DNA from: Sinorhizobium meliloti | GTDB taxonomy: Bacteria; Pseudomonadota; Alphaproteobacteria; Rhizobiales; Rhizobiaceae | Direction: 5' to 3' | DNA length: 32,000 nucleotides | Assembly: GCF_017876815.1 (NCBI RefSeq) | Contig: NZ_JAGIOS010000001.1 | Span: forward strand, 3,090,001 to 3,122,000 | Shown here: piece after piece, positions 1 to 9,135 of the stretch | How positions within the stretch are numbered: position 1 is the stretch's first letter | How the letters are laid out: the number at the start of each line of letters is the position of its first letter | Translations under genes and position numbers: made by a program | Notes under the pieces: generated by a model | The model's database searches: none | The model's input: only the letters and a program-made list of their open reading frames with translations | Told to the model about the DNA's origin: nothing

Positions 1-19
1 GTACGTAACGGAGATCGAT

Positions 20-310
20 ATGGCCCAGACGCTTCCCAACCGTGACGACCGCATCGAATTGCGCACCACGCGCGAGGAAAAACGGCTTCTCACCGCCGCC
101 GCCGCCCATGAGCGGCTGGACGTGACCAGCTTCATCATGCGCGCTGTTCTGCCCGCCGCCCTCGATGTGGTCGAGAACGCCGAACGCATCTCGCTCTCGG
201 AGCGGGACTCCTTGCGCCTGCTCGACCTTCTGGAAAACCCGCCCGCTCCGACGCCGGCTCTGCTTGCCGCAGCACGCCGCCGCATTGCCCGAGGCGGGAA
301 GAGTGCTTGA
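20..310 (+). CDS. DUF1778 (ribbon-helix-helix) antitoxin, TacA-like, of a GNAT-type type II toxin-antitoxin pair
   Basis: 96-aa ORF. The N-terminal pattern RDDRIELRTTREEKRLLTAAAAHERLDVTSFIMRAVL is typical of DUF1778 antitoxins. It sits directly upstream of and overlaps a GNAT gene. A GGAG lies a few nt before the ATG. Confidence 0.85.
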   Translation: MAQTLPNRDDRIELRTTREEKRLLTAAAAHERLDVTSFIMRAVLPAALDVVENAERISLSERDSLRLLDLLENPPAPTPALLAAARRRIARGGKSA

Positions 311-827
311 CTGGCGCGAAGAGCCCATCGGACGCAACCATGACCGCAAGGCGTTCGATTGCGGCACGCCGGAACTGAACGAATATCTGCGCCGACATGC
401 CCGCCAGAACCATGAGGGCGGCGGCTCCAAGACCTTCGTGGCGGTGGCTCCGTCCGCGCCCGAAAGCATCCTCGGCTACTATTCCATCAGCCCTGCCTCG
501 ATTGCCTTCGCAAAGGTCCCCGATTTCCTGACCAAAAGGCTGGGGCGCTACGAGGTCGCCGTTTACCGGCTTGCCCGTCTGGCCGTAGCGCTGCCATTGC
601 AGGGTCAGGGGCTTGGCGGCGATCTGTTGCTGGCAGCGGGCGCGCGGGCGCTGGCCGTGGCCGCGCAGGTCGGCGGGGTGGCGCTGGCTATCGACGCCAA
701 GGATGAAAAGGCGGCGCGCTGGTACGAGCGTTTCGGCGCAATGCCACTGCTTGACAGCAGCCCGCTCAGCCTGATCCTGCCGTTCAAGACCATCATCGAC
801 GCTCTGGACGCCGCGCAGAGCGAATAA
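303..827 (+). CDS. GNAT-family acetyltransferase toxin (TacT/KacT/AtaT-like)
   Basis: Has the FDCG motif about 20 aa from the N-terminus, LNEYLRRHARQN, and the acetyl-CoA loop LQGQGLGGDLL. The ORF track start (165) lies inside the antitoxin. GTG at 303 overlaps the antitoxin stop (308-310) by 8 nt and gives the expected 174 aa. Confidence 0.85.
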   Translation: MLDWREEPIGRNHDRKAFDCGTPELNEYLRRHARQNHEGGGSKTFVAVAPSAPESILGYYSISPASIAFAKVPDFLTKRLGRYEVAVYRLARLAVALPLQGQGLGGDLLLAAGARALAVAAQVGGVALAIDAKDEKAARWYERFGAMPLLDSSPLSLILPFKTIIDALDAAQSE

Positions 828-836
828 CCGATCAGA

Positions 837-1022
837 AAGGCCTCCGTCACGCTCCGCATTGCCCGTTACGCCTGCTCCGAGAACCAGCGTAACGCCTCCG
901 TCGAGGACCAGTTGCGCCAGTGCCGCGAGCGTACGGACCGCGGCGGCCGTCTGCCGGAACCGGAGGCCGATGGCGCCCGTTACCTGAAGTTCAACGCGCT
1001 CAAGGGAGCAGCGTGGGGCTGA
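837..1022 (+). pseudogene. Relic of the N-terminus of a serine recombinase (resolvase/large serine recombinase family)
   Basis: The frame reads KASVTLRIARYACSENQRNASVEDQLRQCRERTDRGG... then a stop at 1020-1022. This resembles the conserved (A)IYARYSS-NQR-ASIEDQ-R-C-E start of serine recombinases, but it has no start codon, the YARYSS segment is damaged, and similarity is lost after about 30 aa. Confidence 0.4.
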
Positions 1023-1032
1023 GGGCCTGACC

Positions 1033-1350
1033 ATGGGAACGGTGACCAAATTCCGGAATATACGCCCTTGCATGACCGAAAGGGCAGACGAAGCTGCGGC
1101 GCTGCTCAAGGCGGCGGCGAACCAGAACCGGCTGATGATCCTGTGCACGCTCATCGAAGGCGAGCACTCGGTCGGTCAGCTGGAAGAGATGCTCGGCATC
1201 CGCCAACCGTCCTTGTCGCAACAGCTGACCGTGTTGCGTGAGGCTGGTATCGTCGCAACACGACGCGACGCCAAACAGATCTTTTACCGGCTCGCCGAGG
1301 AGAAGGCCGTAAGGCTGGTAATGGCGCTCTATCAGATATTCTGCCGCTGA
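1033..1350 (+). CDS. ArsR/SmtB-family winged-helix transcriptional regulator
   Basis: 105 aa. LKAAANQNRLMILCTLIEGEHSVGQLEEMLGIRQPSLSQQLTVLREAGIVATRRDAKQIFYRL is the canonical ArsR HTH region. GAGGG lies 7 nt upstream of the ATG. Confidence 0.85.
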   Translation: MGTVTKFRNIRPCMTERADEAAALLKAAANQNRLMILCTLIEGEHSVGQLEEMLGIRQPSLSQQLTVLREAGIVATRRDAKQIFYRLAEEKAVRLVMALYQIFCR

Positions 1351-1470
1351 AGCGACTGATTTGACGGAGTGTCAACGCAAATTTGGCTTGGATGGGCTGC
1401 AAATCCATGTGAATCGGCCCATATAGAGCAGCACCCTGCCGACTTTGCACCTCTTCCCCGGATCTGTTTC

Positions 1471-2393
<923 letters not shown>

Positions 2394-2397
<4 letters not shown>

Positions 2398-3155
2398 ACA
2401 TAGAAGCAGTGAAATCCATCTATTTCTTCGAAATGGCGCGCACACGCCGCACGCTTCTGCAAAGCGTGGTGTCGCCCGTCATCTCCACCTCGCTCTATTT
2501 TATCGTTTTCGGCGCCGCCATCGGTGGGCGCATCCAGGAAATAGACGGGATTTCCTACGGCGCCTTCATCACGCCCGGGTTGATGATGCTGACGCTTCTG
2601 ACGCAGTGCATCGGCAACGGCTCATTCGGTATCTATTTCCCGAAGTTTACCGGCACGATCTATGAGGTGCTGTCGTCACCGATATCCATGCTGGAGATTG
2701 TGCTCGGCTATGTGGGGGCGGCGGCGACAAAGGGGATGATGATCGGCACGATCATTCTTGTCACGGCCTCGCTGTTCGTCGATCTCAGCATCGCTCATCC
2801 CTTCGTGATGCTTTTCTTTTTCGTTCTGACGGCGGTGACCTTCAGCCTGTTCGGTTTCCTGATCGGCATCTGGGCGAAGGATTTCGAGCAGCTCAACCTC
2901 ATTCCGATGCTGGTGGTCCCGCCGCTCGTCTTCCTCGGCGGCAGCTTCTATTCGATCGACATGCTGCCGCCATTCTGGCGGGCAGTAAGCCACTTCAACC
3001 CGGTCCTTTATCTGATCAGCGGCTTCCGATGGAGCTTCTTCGAGATCTCCGACGTAAATCCGCTCGCCAGCGCGGCAATTATTCTCGTCTTTCTCGCCCT
3101 CTGCATGTCCGCCCTGACATGGATATTCCGGACCGGGTACAAGCTGCGTAACTGA
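2394..3155 (+). CDS. ABC-2 type transporter permease (YadH-like)
   Basis: 253 aa with about 6 hydrophobic segments. ATGA start/stop overlap with the upstream ATPase gene. The ABC-2 membrane family pattern is present. Confidence 0.9.
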
Positions 3156-3174
3156 GGCTGGATCTGCTGGGGGC

Positions 3175-3876
3175 TCAGTCCCTGAGCCGAAGCTCGTCGC
3201 TGCGCATCTGCAGGAAGTCGAGGGTCGAGAGGAAGCTCATGCCGAGCAGGCTGCTGTCGAGTCGCCCCTCGGCCGCGACCATGGCGCGGATATTCGTCCG
3301 CCGGATCGGTCCGATGGCGATCTCCGGCAGGATGACCGGGGCCGCAAGTGCCGGCCCGTTCGCGGTCATGACAGTGATCGTGTAGCCGAGATCTGCGACC
3401 TCGAGACCGGCCCTGGCCGCGTCCTCATGGGTGAGCACGACACTGCTCGCACCGGTGTCCACAAGCATGCTGACCTCACGCCCGTTGATCGTCGCATCGG
3501 CGGCGAAGTGGCCGTCGATCCGCTTGTGCAGCACCACCTCCTGCTGACCCTCGCTGTCGGTGATGACCATTGCCCGGCCGGGCATAAGGCCCGCCAGTAC
3601 CCGGTCGCCGACGGACTGGAGCTCGAAGCGGTAGACATAGAGTGCAACGAGGACGAGCGCGATCAGCAGCCAGATCGCGATCTGCGTCAGCCCTTCTCCC
3701 AGTGTTCGGCGGCTTCTGACGATACCAGCCGCAAAAAGCGTTGCCAGAGCGCCGAGGGCAACGAGCTGCCCGAAGTCGTCGTTGTTCATGCCGAAAGTTC
3801 GGCCGGAATCGTGATTGAGGATCAGCAGCACGAGGCCGATGCCGAGTATTGCGAGGAGGATGATCAGTCTGCTCAT
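3175..3876 (-). CDS. Membrane-anchored retropepsin-like (clan AA, TIGR02281-type) aspartic protease
   Basis: N-terminal TM helices followed by GHFAADATINGREVSMLVDTGASSVVLT, which carries the DTGA active-site motif. 4-nt ATGA overlap with the upstream DUF1289 gene. Confidence 0.8.
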   Translation of the reverse strand: MSRLIILLAILGIGLVLLILNHDSGRTFGMNNDDFGQLVALGALATLFAAGIVRSRRTLGEGLTQIAIWLLIALVLVALYVYRFELQSVGDRVLAGLMPGRAMVITDSEGQQEVVLHKRIDGHFAADATINGREVSMLVDTGASSVVLTHEDAARAGLEVADLGYTITVMTANGPALAAPVILPEIAIGPIRRTNIRAMVAAEGRLDSSLLGMSFLSTLDFLQMRSDELRLRD

Positions 3877-4094
3877 GCGCCGTTTCGTTCTCGCGCCATG
3901 CGCGACCGGCGCGTCTCCCGCCGCGGTTTGCGCTCGACCGTTTCCAGTCGCGCCGGCAAGGCCTGCATGATGCTGTGCCGTTCGGTGTCGGTGTAGAGCG
4001 TCCAGGCGCCGATCTCCTGACGTGTGCGCCCGCAGCCGAAACAGTAGCCGGTCCTATCGTCGATCGTGCAGACGAGAATGCAGGGAGATTCCAT
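3873..4094 (-). CDS. DUF1289 family Cys-rich small protein
   Basis: MESPCILVCTIDDRTGYCFGCGRTRQEIGAWT shows the four conserved cysteines of DUF1289. The track start at 4157 is a TTG that overlaps the cobS end, so ATG 4094 is preferred. Confidence 0.75.
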   Translation of the reverse strand: MESPCILVCTIDDRTGYCFGCGRTRQEIGAWTLYTDTERHSIMQALPARLETVERKPRRETRRSRMARERNGA

Positions 4095-4140
4095 GATCAG
4101 GACAATGCTCTGCTGTTTCGTTCGAAAATATATCGGCCTT

Positions 4141-4929
4141 TCAGATGGCCAGTGCAAGAGCGCCCAGAACGGCGACCTCCGTCAGTTGCTGGGTTGCGCC
4201 GATGGTGTCGCCGGTATGGCCGCCGAGCTTGCGTGAGGCGATCCGGGTGAAGCCTGGCACGGCAAGGCCGAAAGCGGCGAACGAAAGCAGGACGGCGACG
4301 GTCGGGATGCCGGCGAGGAAAAACAGCACGAGCGCGAGGAGAACGCCCGAGCCGAGCGCAACCGATGTCGCCCCCGGCTCGGGAATGCCCGCCGAGGCGG
4401 CGACCCCGCCGCGGCGGGCCGGCGGAAGGCGGGACCAGTGCCAGACCATCGCGGCGCGGCTCAGCGCAGCGGTTGCCAGCAGCGCGATTCCGCCGCCTGT
4501 CGGCGTCAGCAGCGGCAGGAAGGCGGCAAGGGCGGAGACGCGAAGGCCGAACGAAAGAATGAGGGCAACCGCGCCATAGGTACCGATGCGGCTGTCCTTC
4601 ATGATCTCCAGCGCGCTTTCCCGATCGCGCCCGCCGCCGAAACCATCGGCCGTATCCCCAAGGCCGTCCTCATGCAGGGCGCCGGTGACCATCGCCTGCA
4701 CCGCGACGACGAGGAAGGCGCTGAAGAGCGAGCTCGCGTGAAGCGCGCCCAGAATGAACGCTATCGCGGCGGCAGGAAGGGTGATGAGGATAGCCGCAAG
4801 CGGGAAAGCGCGCACGGCGCGGCCGAGCCCGCCGTCATAGCCGTGGAAATATCGATCCGGCACGGGAATGCGGCTCAAGAAGGCAACCGACCGTGCGACG
4901 TCATCCCAGAGCTCGCGAATATCTGCCAT
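4141..4929 (-). CDS. cobS: Adenosylcobinamide-GDP ribazoletransferase (cobalamin synthase)
   Basis: FLSRIPVP near the N-terminus, HEDGLGDTADGFGGGRDRE, LEIMKDSRIGTYG, and a polytopic membrane protein profile. ATG at 4929 is preceded by GGGAGA. The track start (5022) adds a 31-aa unlikely extension. Confidence 0.9.
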   Translation of the reverse strand: MADIRELWDDVARSVAFLSRIPVPDRYFHGYDGGLGRAVRAFPLAAILITLPAAAIAFILGALHASSLFSAFLVVAVQAMVTGALHEDGLGDTADGFGGGRDRESALEIMKDSRIGTYGAVALILSFGLRVSALAAFLPLLTPTGGGIALLATAALSRAAMVWHWSRLPPARRGGVAASAGIPEPGATSVALGSGVLLALVLFFLAGIPTVAVLLSFAAFGLAVPGFTRIASRKLGGHTGDTIGATQQLTEVAVLGALALAI

Positions 4930-5067
4930 CTCGTCTCCCGCATCCCGAATCGCCCGGCGTTCCGCGGGATCATGCGAGACGACGGCAATTGGCGCAAATG
5001 CCGTTGCCGCGGGCGGCCTCACACTCTATGACGAGCCCCGAGCGAGTTCACATTGCAAGGATGATCC

Positions 5068-6084
5068 ATGAGCGCCAGCGGCCTGCCGTTTGATGATTTC
5101 CGCGAACTACTGCGCAATCTGCCGGGGCCGGACACGGCGGCACTCGTTGCGGCGCGCGAGCGGGACGGGCAATTGACGAAGCCGCCCGGCGCTCTCGGGC
5201 GCCTCGAGGAAATCGCCTTCTGGCTTGCCGCCTGGACGGGACGTCCGCCGGCGGTCAACCGGCCGCTTGTCGCGATCTTCGCCGGCAATCACGGCGTGAC
5301 CCGTCAGGGGGTGACGCCCTTTCCGGCTTCGGTGACGGCGCAGATGGTCGAGAACTTCGCCGCCGGCGGTGCTGCCATCAACCAGATCTGCGTAGCACAC
5401 GACCTCGGCCTCAAGGTCTTCGATCTGGCGCTCGATTATCCGACCGGCGATATCACCGAGGAACCGGCTCTCTCGGAGCGTGACTGCGCCGCCACCATGG
5501 CTTTCGGCATGGAAGCGATCGCCGGAGGCACGGATCTGCTGTGCATCGGCGAGATGGGCATCGGCAACACCACGATCGCGGCCGCAATCAATCTCGGCCT
5601 CTATGGCGGCACGGCAGAGGAATGGGTCGGCCCCGGTACCGGTTCGGAAGGCGAGGTGCTCATGCGCAAGATCGCTGCTGTCGAAAAGGCCGTTGCGCTG
5701 CACCGCGACCACTTGTCCGATCCGCTCGAAGTCATGCGGCGGCTTGGCGGCCGCGAGATCGCGGCGATGGCGGGCGCAATTCTCGCCGCGCGGATGCAGA
5801 AGGTGCCCGTCATCATCGACGGCTACGTCGCGACCGCGGCCGCGGCGATCCTCAAGGCCGCCAACCCGGCGGCGCTCGACCATTGCCTGATCGGCCATGT
5901 TTCAAGCGAGCCCGGTCACATGCGGGCGATCGAGAAACTCGGCAAGACACCGCTCCTGGCTCTCGGCATGCGGCTTGGCGAAGGCACGGGTGCGGCTCTT
6001 GCAGCAGGCATCGTCAAGGCGGCGGCTGCCTGCCACAGCGGCATGGCGACCTTTGCGCAGGCCGGCGTAAGCAACAAGGAGTAG
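5068..6084 (+). CDS. cobT: Nicotinate-nucleotide--dimethylbenzimidazole phosphoribosyltransferase
   Basis: 338 aa. LTKPPGALGRLEEIA, FAGNHGV, GEMGIGNTT and LGEGTGAALA are hallmark CobT motifs. Divergent from cobS. Confidence 0.95.
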   Translation: MSASGLPFDDFRELLRNLPGPDTAALVAARERDGQLTKPPGALGRLEEIAFWLAAWTGRPPAVNRPLVAIFAGNHGVTRQGVTPFPASVTAQMVENFAAGGAAINQICVAHDLGLKVFDLALDYPTGDITEEPALSERDCAATMAFGMEAIAGGTDLLCIGEMGIGNTTIAAAINLGLYGGTAEEWVGPGTGSEGEVLMRKIAAVEKAVALHRDHLSDPLEVMRRLGGREIAAMAGAILAARMQKVPVIIDGYVATAAAAILKAANPAALDHCLIGHVSSEPGHMRAIEKLGKTPLLALGMRLGEGTGAALAAGIVKAAAACHSGMATFAQAGVSNKE

Positions 6085-6288
6085 GGCACGCTCCGGCGCT
6101 TGCTGTCGATTGGCCGTCATGCGTGCTATGCTCGTGCCGTGCAGCTATTGATGCGGGGCGGCTTCTCGCATATCCGGGAAGCGCCGGGTCATCGGTTCGG
6201 GCGGCCTCGCAATGCGGCATTGGTGCCGCCTTTGATTCGCCTCAATAGGAACGTCGAAGCTGTGCCATCTCCCAACCCGCGAGACGAA

Positions 6289-6702
6289 ATGGACGCCAAG
6301 AACACTACCTCCCGCAACGGCACCGCCGCGCCGGTCCACAAGCATCGTGGTATCCGGCATCTTTTCGCCGCGGCCAGCTATTCCTTCGGCGGTGCGAAAC
6401 GCCTGATCGGCGAGGCGGCATTCAGGCACGAACTCATCGCCTTCGCGGTCGCGATGGTCGCGTTCATGATCGTCGGCGCGAACCTGTTCCAGTACGTCGC
6501 GATGGCAATCCTGTTTCTGCTGATGATGGCCTTCGAGGCGATCAACACCGCGATCGAGGAGATCGTCGACCGCGTCTCGCCGGAGATCTCCGAAATGGGC
6601 AGGAACGCAAAGGATCTCGGCTCCTTCGCGTGCCTTTGCCTCATTCTCGCCAATGCGGCCTATGCGCTGTACGTGATATTTCTCGCTCGCTTCCTGGGCT
6701 GA
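6289..6702 (+). CDS. dgkA: Diacylglycerol kinase
   Basis: 137 aa from ATG 6289. [19 protein letters not shown]...FRHELI...[19 protein letters not shown]...AKDLGS matches prokaryotic DgkA. The upstream part of track ORF 6100 shows low third-position GC by eye. Confidence 0.9.
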
Positions 6703-6730
6703 CCAGCAACGCGGCGCCGCATGCAGATGA

Positions 6731-8266
6731 TCAGGCAAAGCTCCTTCGCCGGCGGGTGAGGGAAGGGACGTCCTCGACCGGGGGCAAGCTATGCAGTACG
6801 CGACGCGGCGGCAGGATGGCGATCGCCTCGGTGCCTTCCCGGAGTTTCGAGCGCAGGATGAACTGGCCGCCATGCTTGACGAGGATCGCCTGGACGATCG
6901 GCAGTCCGAGGCCGGTACCCTGTTCGGCGCTCTTGATGGCGATCGAACCCTGGCCGAAGGCGGAAAGGACGATCGGGATTTCCTCTTCCGGAATGCCGGG
7001 GCCGTTGTCCCTGATCGAAAGATATTGTCCGCCGCCGGCGGTCCAGCCGACCTTCACGCTGACCTCACCGCCCGACGGGGTGAACTTGACGGCATTCGAA
7101 AGAAGGTTGAGCGTCACCTGGCGCATGGCCTTCTCGTCCGCCCAGACAGACGGCATCGCCTGTTCGAACTGATGGCCGATGGTTATGTTCTTGCCGCGAG
7201 CGCGGAGCTGAACCATGCCGATGCAATCCTCGACGATCTCTGCCAGGTTTACCGCATCCTCGCTGAGCTCGTACTTGCCGGCTTCGATACGCGAAAGATC
7301 GAGAATTTCGTTGATGAGATTCAAGAGGTGCTCGCCGGAGCGATGGATGTCCAGCGTGTATTCCTTGTAGGTCGGGTTGCTGAGCGGCCCGAGTACCTCT
7401 GTCGACATGACCTCTGAGAAGCCGAGGATGGCATTGAGCGGTGTGCGCAGCTCATGCGACATCGAGGCTAGGAAACGGGACTTGGCGAGGTTCGCTTCTT
7501 CCGCGCGGCGGCGAGCCTCGTCCGACATGGACTTCGCCACCTCGAGTTCGGCGATGAGATCGTCCTTTTCGGACTGTACCGAGAGAATATGGACGTTGGC
7601 GCGGTTCATCCTGTCGGTCATGAACGCCAGGAAGACGAGCGAGAGCGCCAGAATGCCCGTGAGGCCGATATCGACCGCGTCGCCGGTCCTGAGTGAGGAG
7701 AAGCCGAGCGCGGCCAGGACCGGCAGAAACGTGTAGTAGAGGGCGTTGCGCAACAGGAAAGTGCCCATGGCGGTGACCGCAAGGGCAATGAAGAGCACCG
7801 TTCCCTCGAAGAGTCCGGAAGCGATCTCGCCGCAGGACGCACAGTCCGGGAGCGTGAAGATCGCCCAGCACAGGCCGGTCAGCATCTGGCCTGCGAGGAA
7901 GCGGCGGCGCCAGACGGACACTTTTTCGGTGACGACATCCTCGCGCTTGGCCTTTCGCGCGAGAAAGATGGTGACCGCATGCGCCGAAAGCGCCAACAAG
8001 GCCCAGGCGAGAATATGCGGGTCGCCCGATAGGTAGATGCCGCTGACCGCGATCAGGATCACGAGGAGGGGCAGGGCCATCGCGCCGTGGAGCACGGACT
8101 CGATGTGGAGCAGGAGCATTTCCCGTTCGAAGCCGGACGGTGCCGAGGAGCCGGTCTGCAGCCGCTGACGCGTCGCGCGAACGGTCTTCGAAACAGCCTT
8201 GTTTCGATGGCTCCGCGACTTGTCCACGATGATCTTGTCGGTCGATGTGCTGGCGGCGATGCTCAT
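6731..8266 (-). CDS. Membrane sensor histidine kinase (HisKA + HATPase_c; DivJ/PleC-family-like architecture)
   Basis: H-box SMSHELRTPLNAILGFSEVM, N-box NLLSNAVKFTP, G1 IRDNGPGI, G2 GTGLGLPIV, and about 6 N-terminal TM segments. The start is assigned to MSIAASTST (ATG 8266), where high GC3 begins. The track start at 8818 adds 184 Arg-rich residues that look non-coding. Confidence 0.85.
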   Translation of the reverse strand: MSIAASTSTDKIIVDKSRSHRNKAVSKTVRATRQRLQTGSSAPSGFEREMLLLHIESVLHGAMALPLLVILIAVSGIYLSGDPHILAWALLALSAHAVTIFLARKAKREDVVTEKVSVWRRRFLAGQMLTGLCWAIFTLPDCASCGEIASGLFEGTVLFIALAVTAMGTFLLRNALYYTFLPVLAALGFSSLRTGDAVDIGLTGILALSLVFLAFMTDRMNRANVHILSVQSEKDDLIAELEVAKSMSDEARRRAEEANLAKSRFLASMSHELRTPLNAILGFSEVMSTEVLGPLSNPTYKEYTLDIHRSGEHLLNLINEILDLSRIEAGKYELSEDAVNLAEIVEDCIGMVQLRARGKNITIGHQFEQAMPSVWADEKAMRQVTLNLLSNAVKFTPSGGEVSVKVGWTAGGGQYLSIRDNGPGIPEEEIPIVLSAFGQGSIAIKSAEQGTGLGLPIVQAILVKHGGQFILRSKLREGTEAIAILPPRRVLHSLPPVEDVPSLTRRRRSFA

Positions 8267-8547
8267 GCTTCTGGTCAGGATTGGGTTCAGCTTGCACTCT
8301 AGGATGCAATCCTTAAGAAGTTGCTGCCCCCATGAAGGATTCGACAACCATTGTGGCGCGATTGCGGTTTTCGAGGTCGGAACGCGGGCAGGAACAACAC
8401 GAGGAGGCGCTGGGCGTGAAGTCGCAGAACCGCAGATTTCGGATTGTCGGCGGCAGCGGCGCAGGCCCGGGCTCTGCTGGAAGGCGCTTTGGCTTCGGTC
8501 GCTCCGGAGTTCCTGCCCGGCGAAAAAGGCCGTCCGGCAGCGGCGGC

Positions 8548-9135
8548 ATGGCCGGCGGGTGGATCTTCCTGGTCCTGCTCGGTATCGGCGCCTATATAGC
8601 CGCGCAGCTGCCCGCGCCGGAACGCCCCGTGACCGGCGAGTTGAGCGGCCCGGCGTCGGCGAGCGATGGCGACAGCCTGCGGCTCGACGGGCGCCGCATA
8701 CGCATCGAAGGCATCGATGCCCCGGAGATCGGTCAGATGTGCCGACGCGGGGAAACCGCGTGGGACTGCGGCGCGCAGGCGCGGCGACGGTTGGTTGCTC
8801 TCGTCGCGGGAACAACAACCGTCTGCCGGCTCCATGGCCGCGATCGCTATGGCCGGGAACTGGGTGTCTGCGCGGCTGGCGGGGCCGACCTCGGAAGAGA
8901 GATGGTCCTCTCCGGTCATGCGGTCAGCTATGGGCTCTACCGTGACGAAGAGGAAACGGCGCGAACCGGCCGGCTGGGTCTCTGGGGAGGCGATTTCGTG
9001 AGGCCGCAGGAATGGCGGCGTTCGAACGGCGGTGCGGAGGAGGCCCCGCACCGGGCGGGTGACTGGCTGGAGATCATTATCCAATGGCTTCAGGAGCATT
9101 CGAGCGCGATCATGGCGAGGATCGGCGGTGACTGA
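8548..9135 (+). CDS. Thermonuclease (SNase-like) family protein with an N-terminal signal-anchor
   Basis: Hydrophobic N-terminus GGWIFLVLLGIGAYIAAQL, then LRLDGRRIRIEGIDAPE and later GRELG...MVLSGHAV, typical of staphylococcal-nuclease homologues. Four Cys residues suggest a periplasmic location. An alternative GTG start at 8416 has a strong GAGGAGG SD but weaker codon bias. Confidence 0.8.
   Translation: MAGGWIFLVLLGIGAYIAAQLPAPERPVTGELSGPASASDGDSLRLDGRRIRIEGIDAPEIGQMCRRGETAWDCGAQARRRLVALVAGTTTVCRLHGRDRYGRELGVCAAGGADLGREMVLSGHAVSYGLYRDEEETARTGRLGLWGGDFVRPQEWRRSNGGAEEAPHRAGDWLEIIIQWLQEHSSAIMARIGGD

Noticed and set aside
135-1154. 339-aa minus-strand ORF spanning the TA pair and the recombinase relic
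   Set aside because: It is antisense to two genes with clear family motifs. It is Arg/Ala-rich with no recognisable domain. Long antisense ORFs are expected at this GC content.
4930-5067. Cobalamin riboswitch in the cobS/cobT divergent spacer
   Set aside because: The spacer is only 138 nt and I could not find a B12-box-like sequence. The cob genes here appear to lack the element. This is a visual check only, so a covariance-model scan would be decisive.
8332-8547. Upstream extension of the thermonuclease ORF to ATG 8332
   Set aside because: Third-position GC and codon choice are markedly poorer than downstream of ATG 8548, and homologues start near the signal-anchor. GTG 8416, with its strong SD, is kept as an alternative in the feature note.
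8267-8818. 184-aa N-terminal extension of the histidine kinase ORF, plus overlapping track ORFs 8199..8945 and 8299..9324
   Set aside because: They are extremely Arg/Pro/Cys-rich with no motifs. They overlap the well-supported nuclease gene on the other strand. Codon bias appears only from ATG 8266 downstream.
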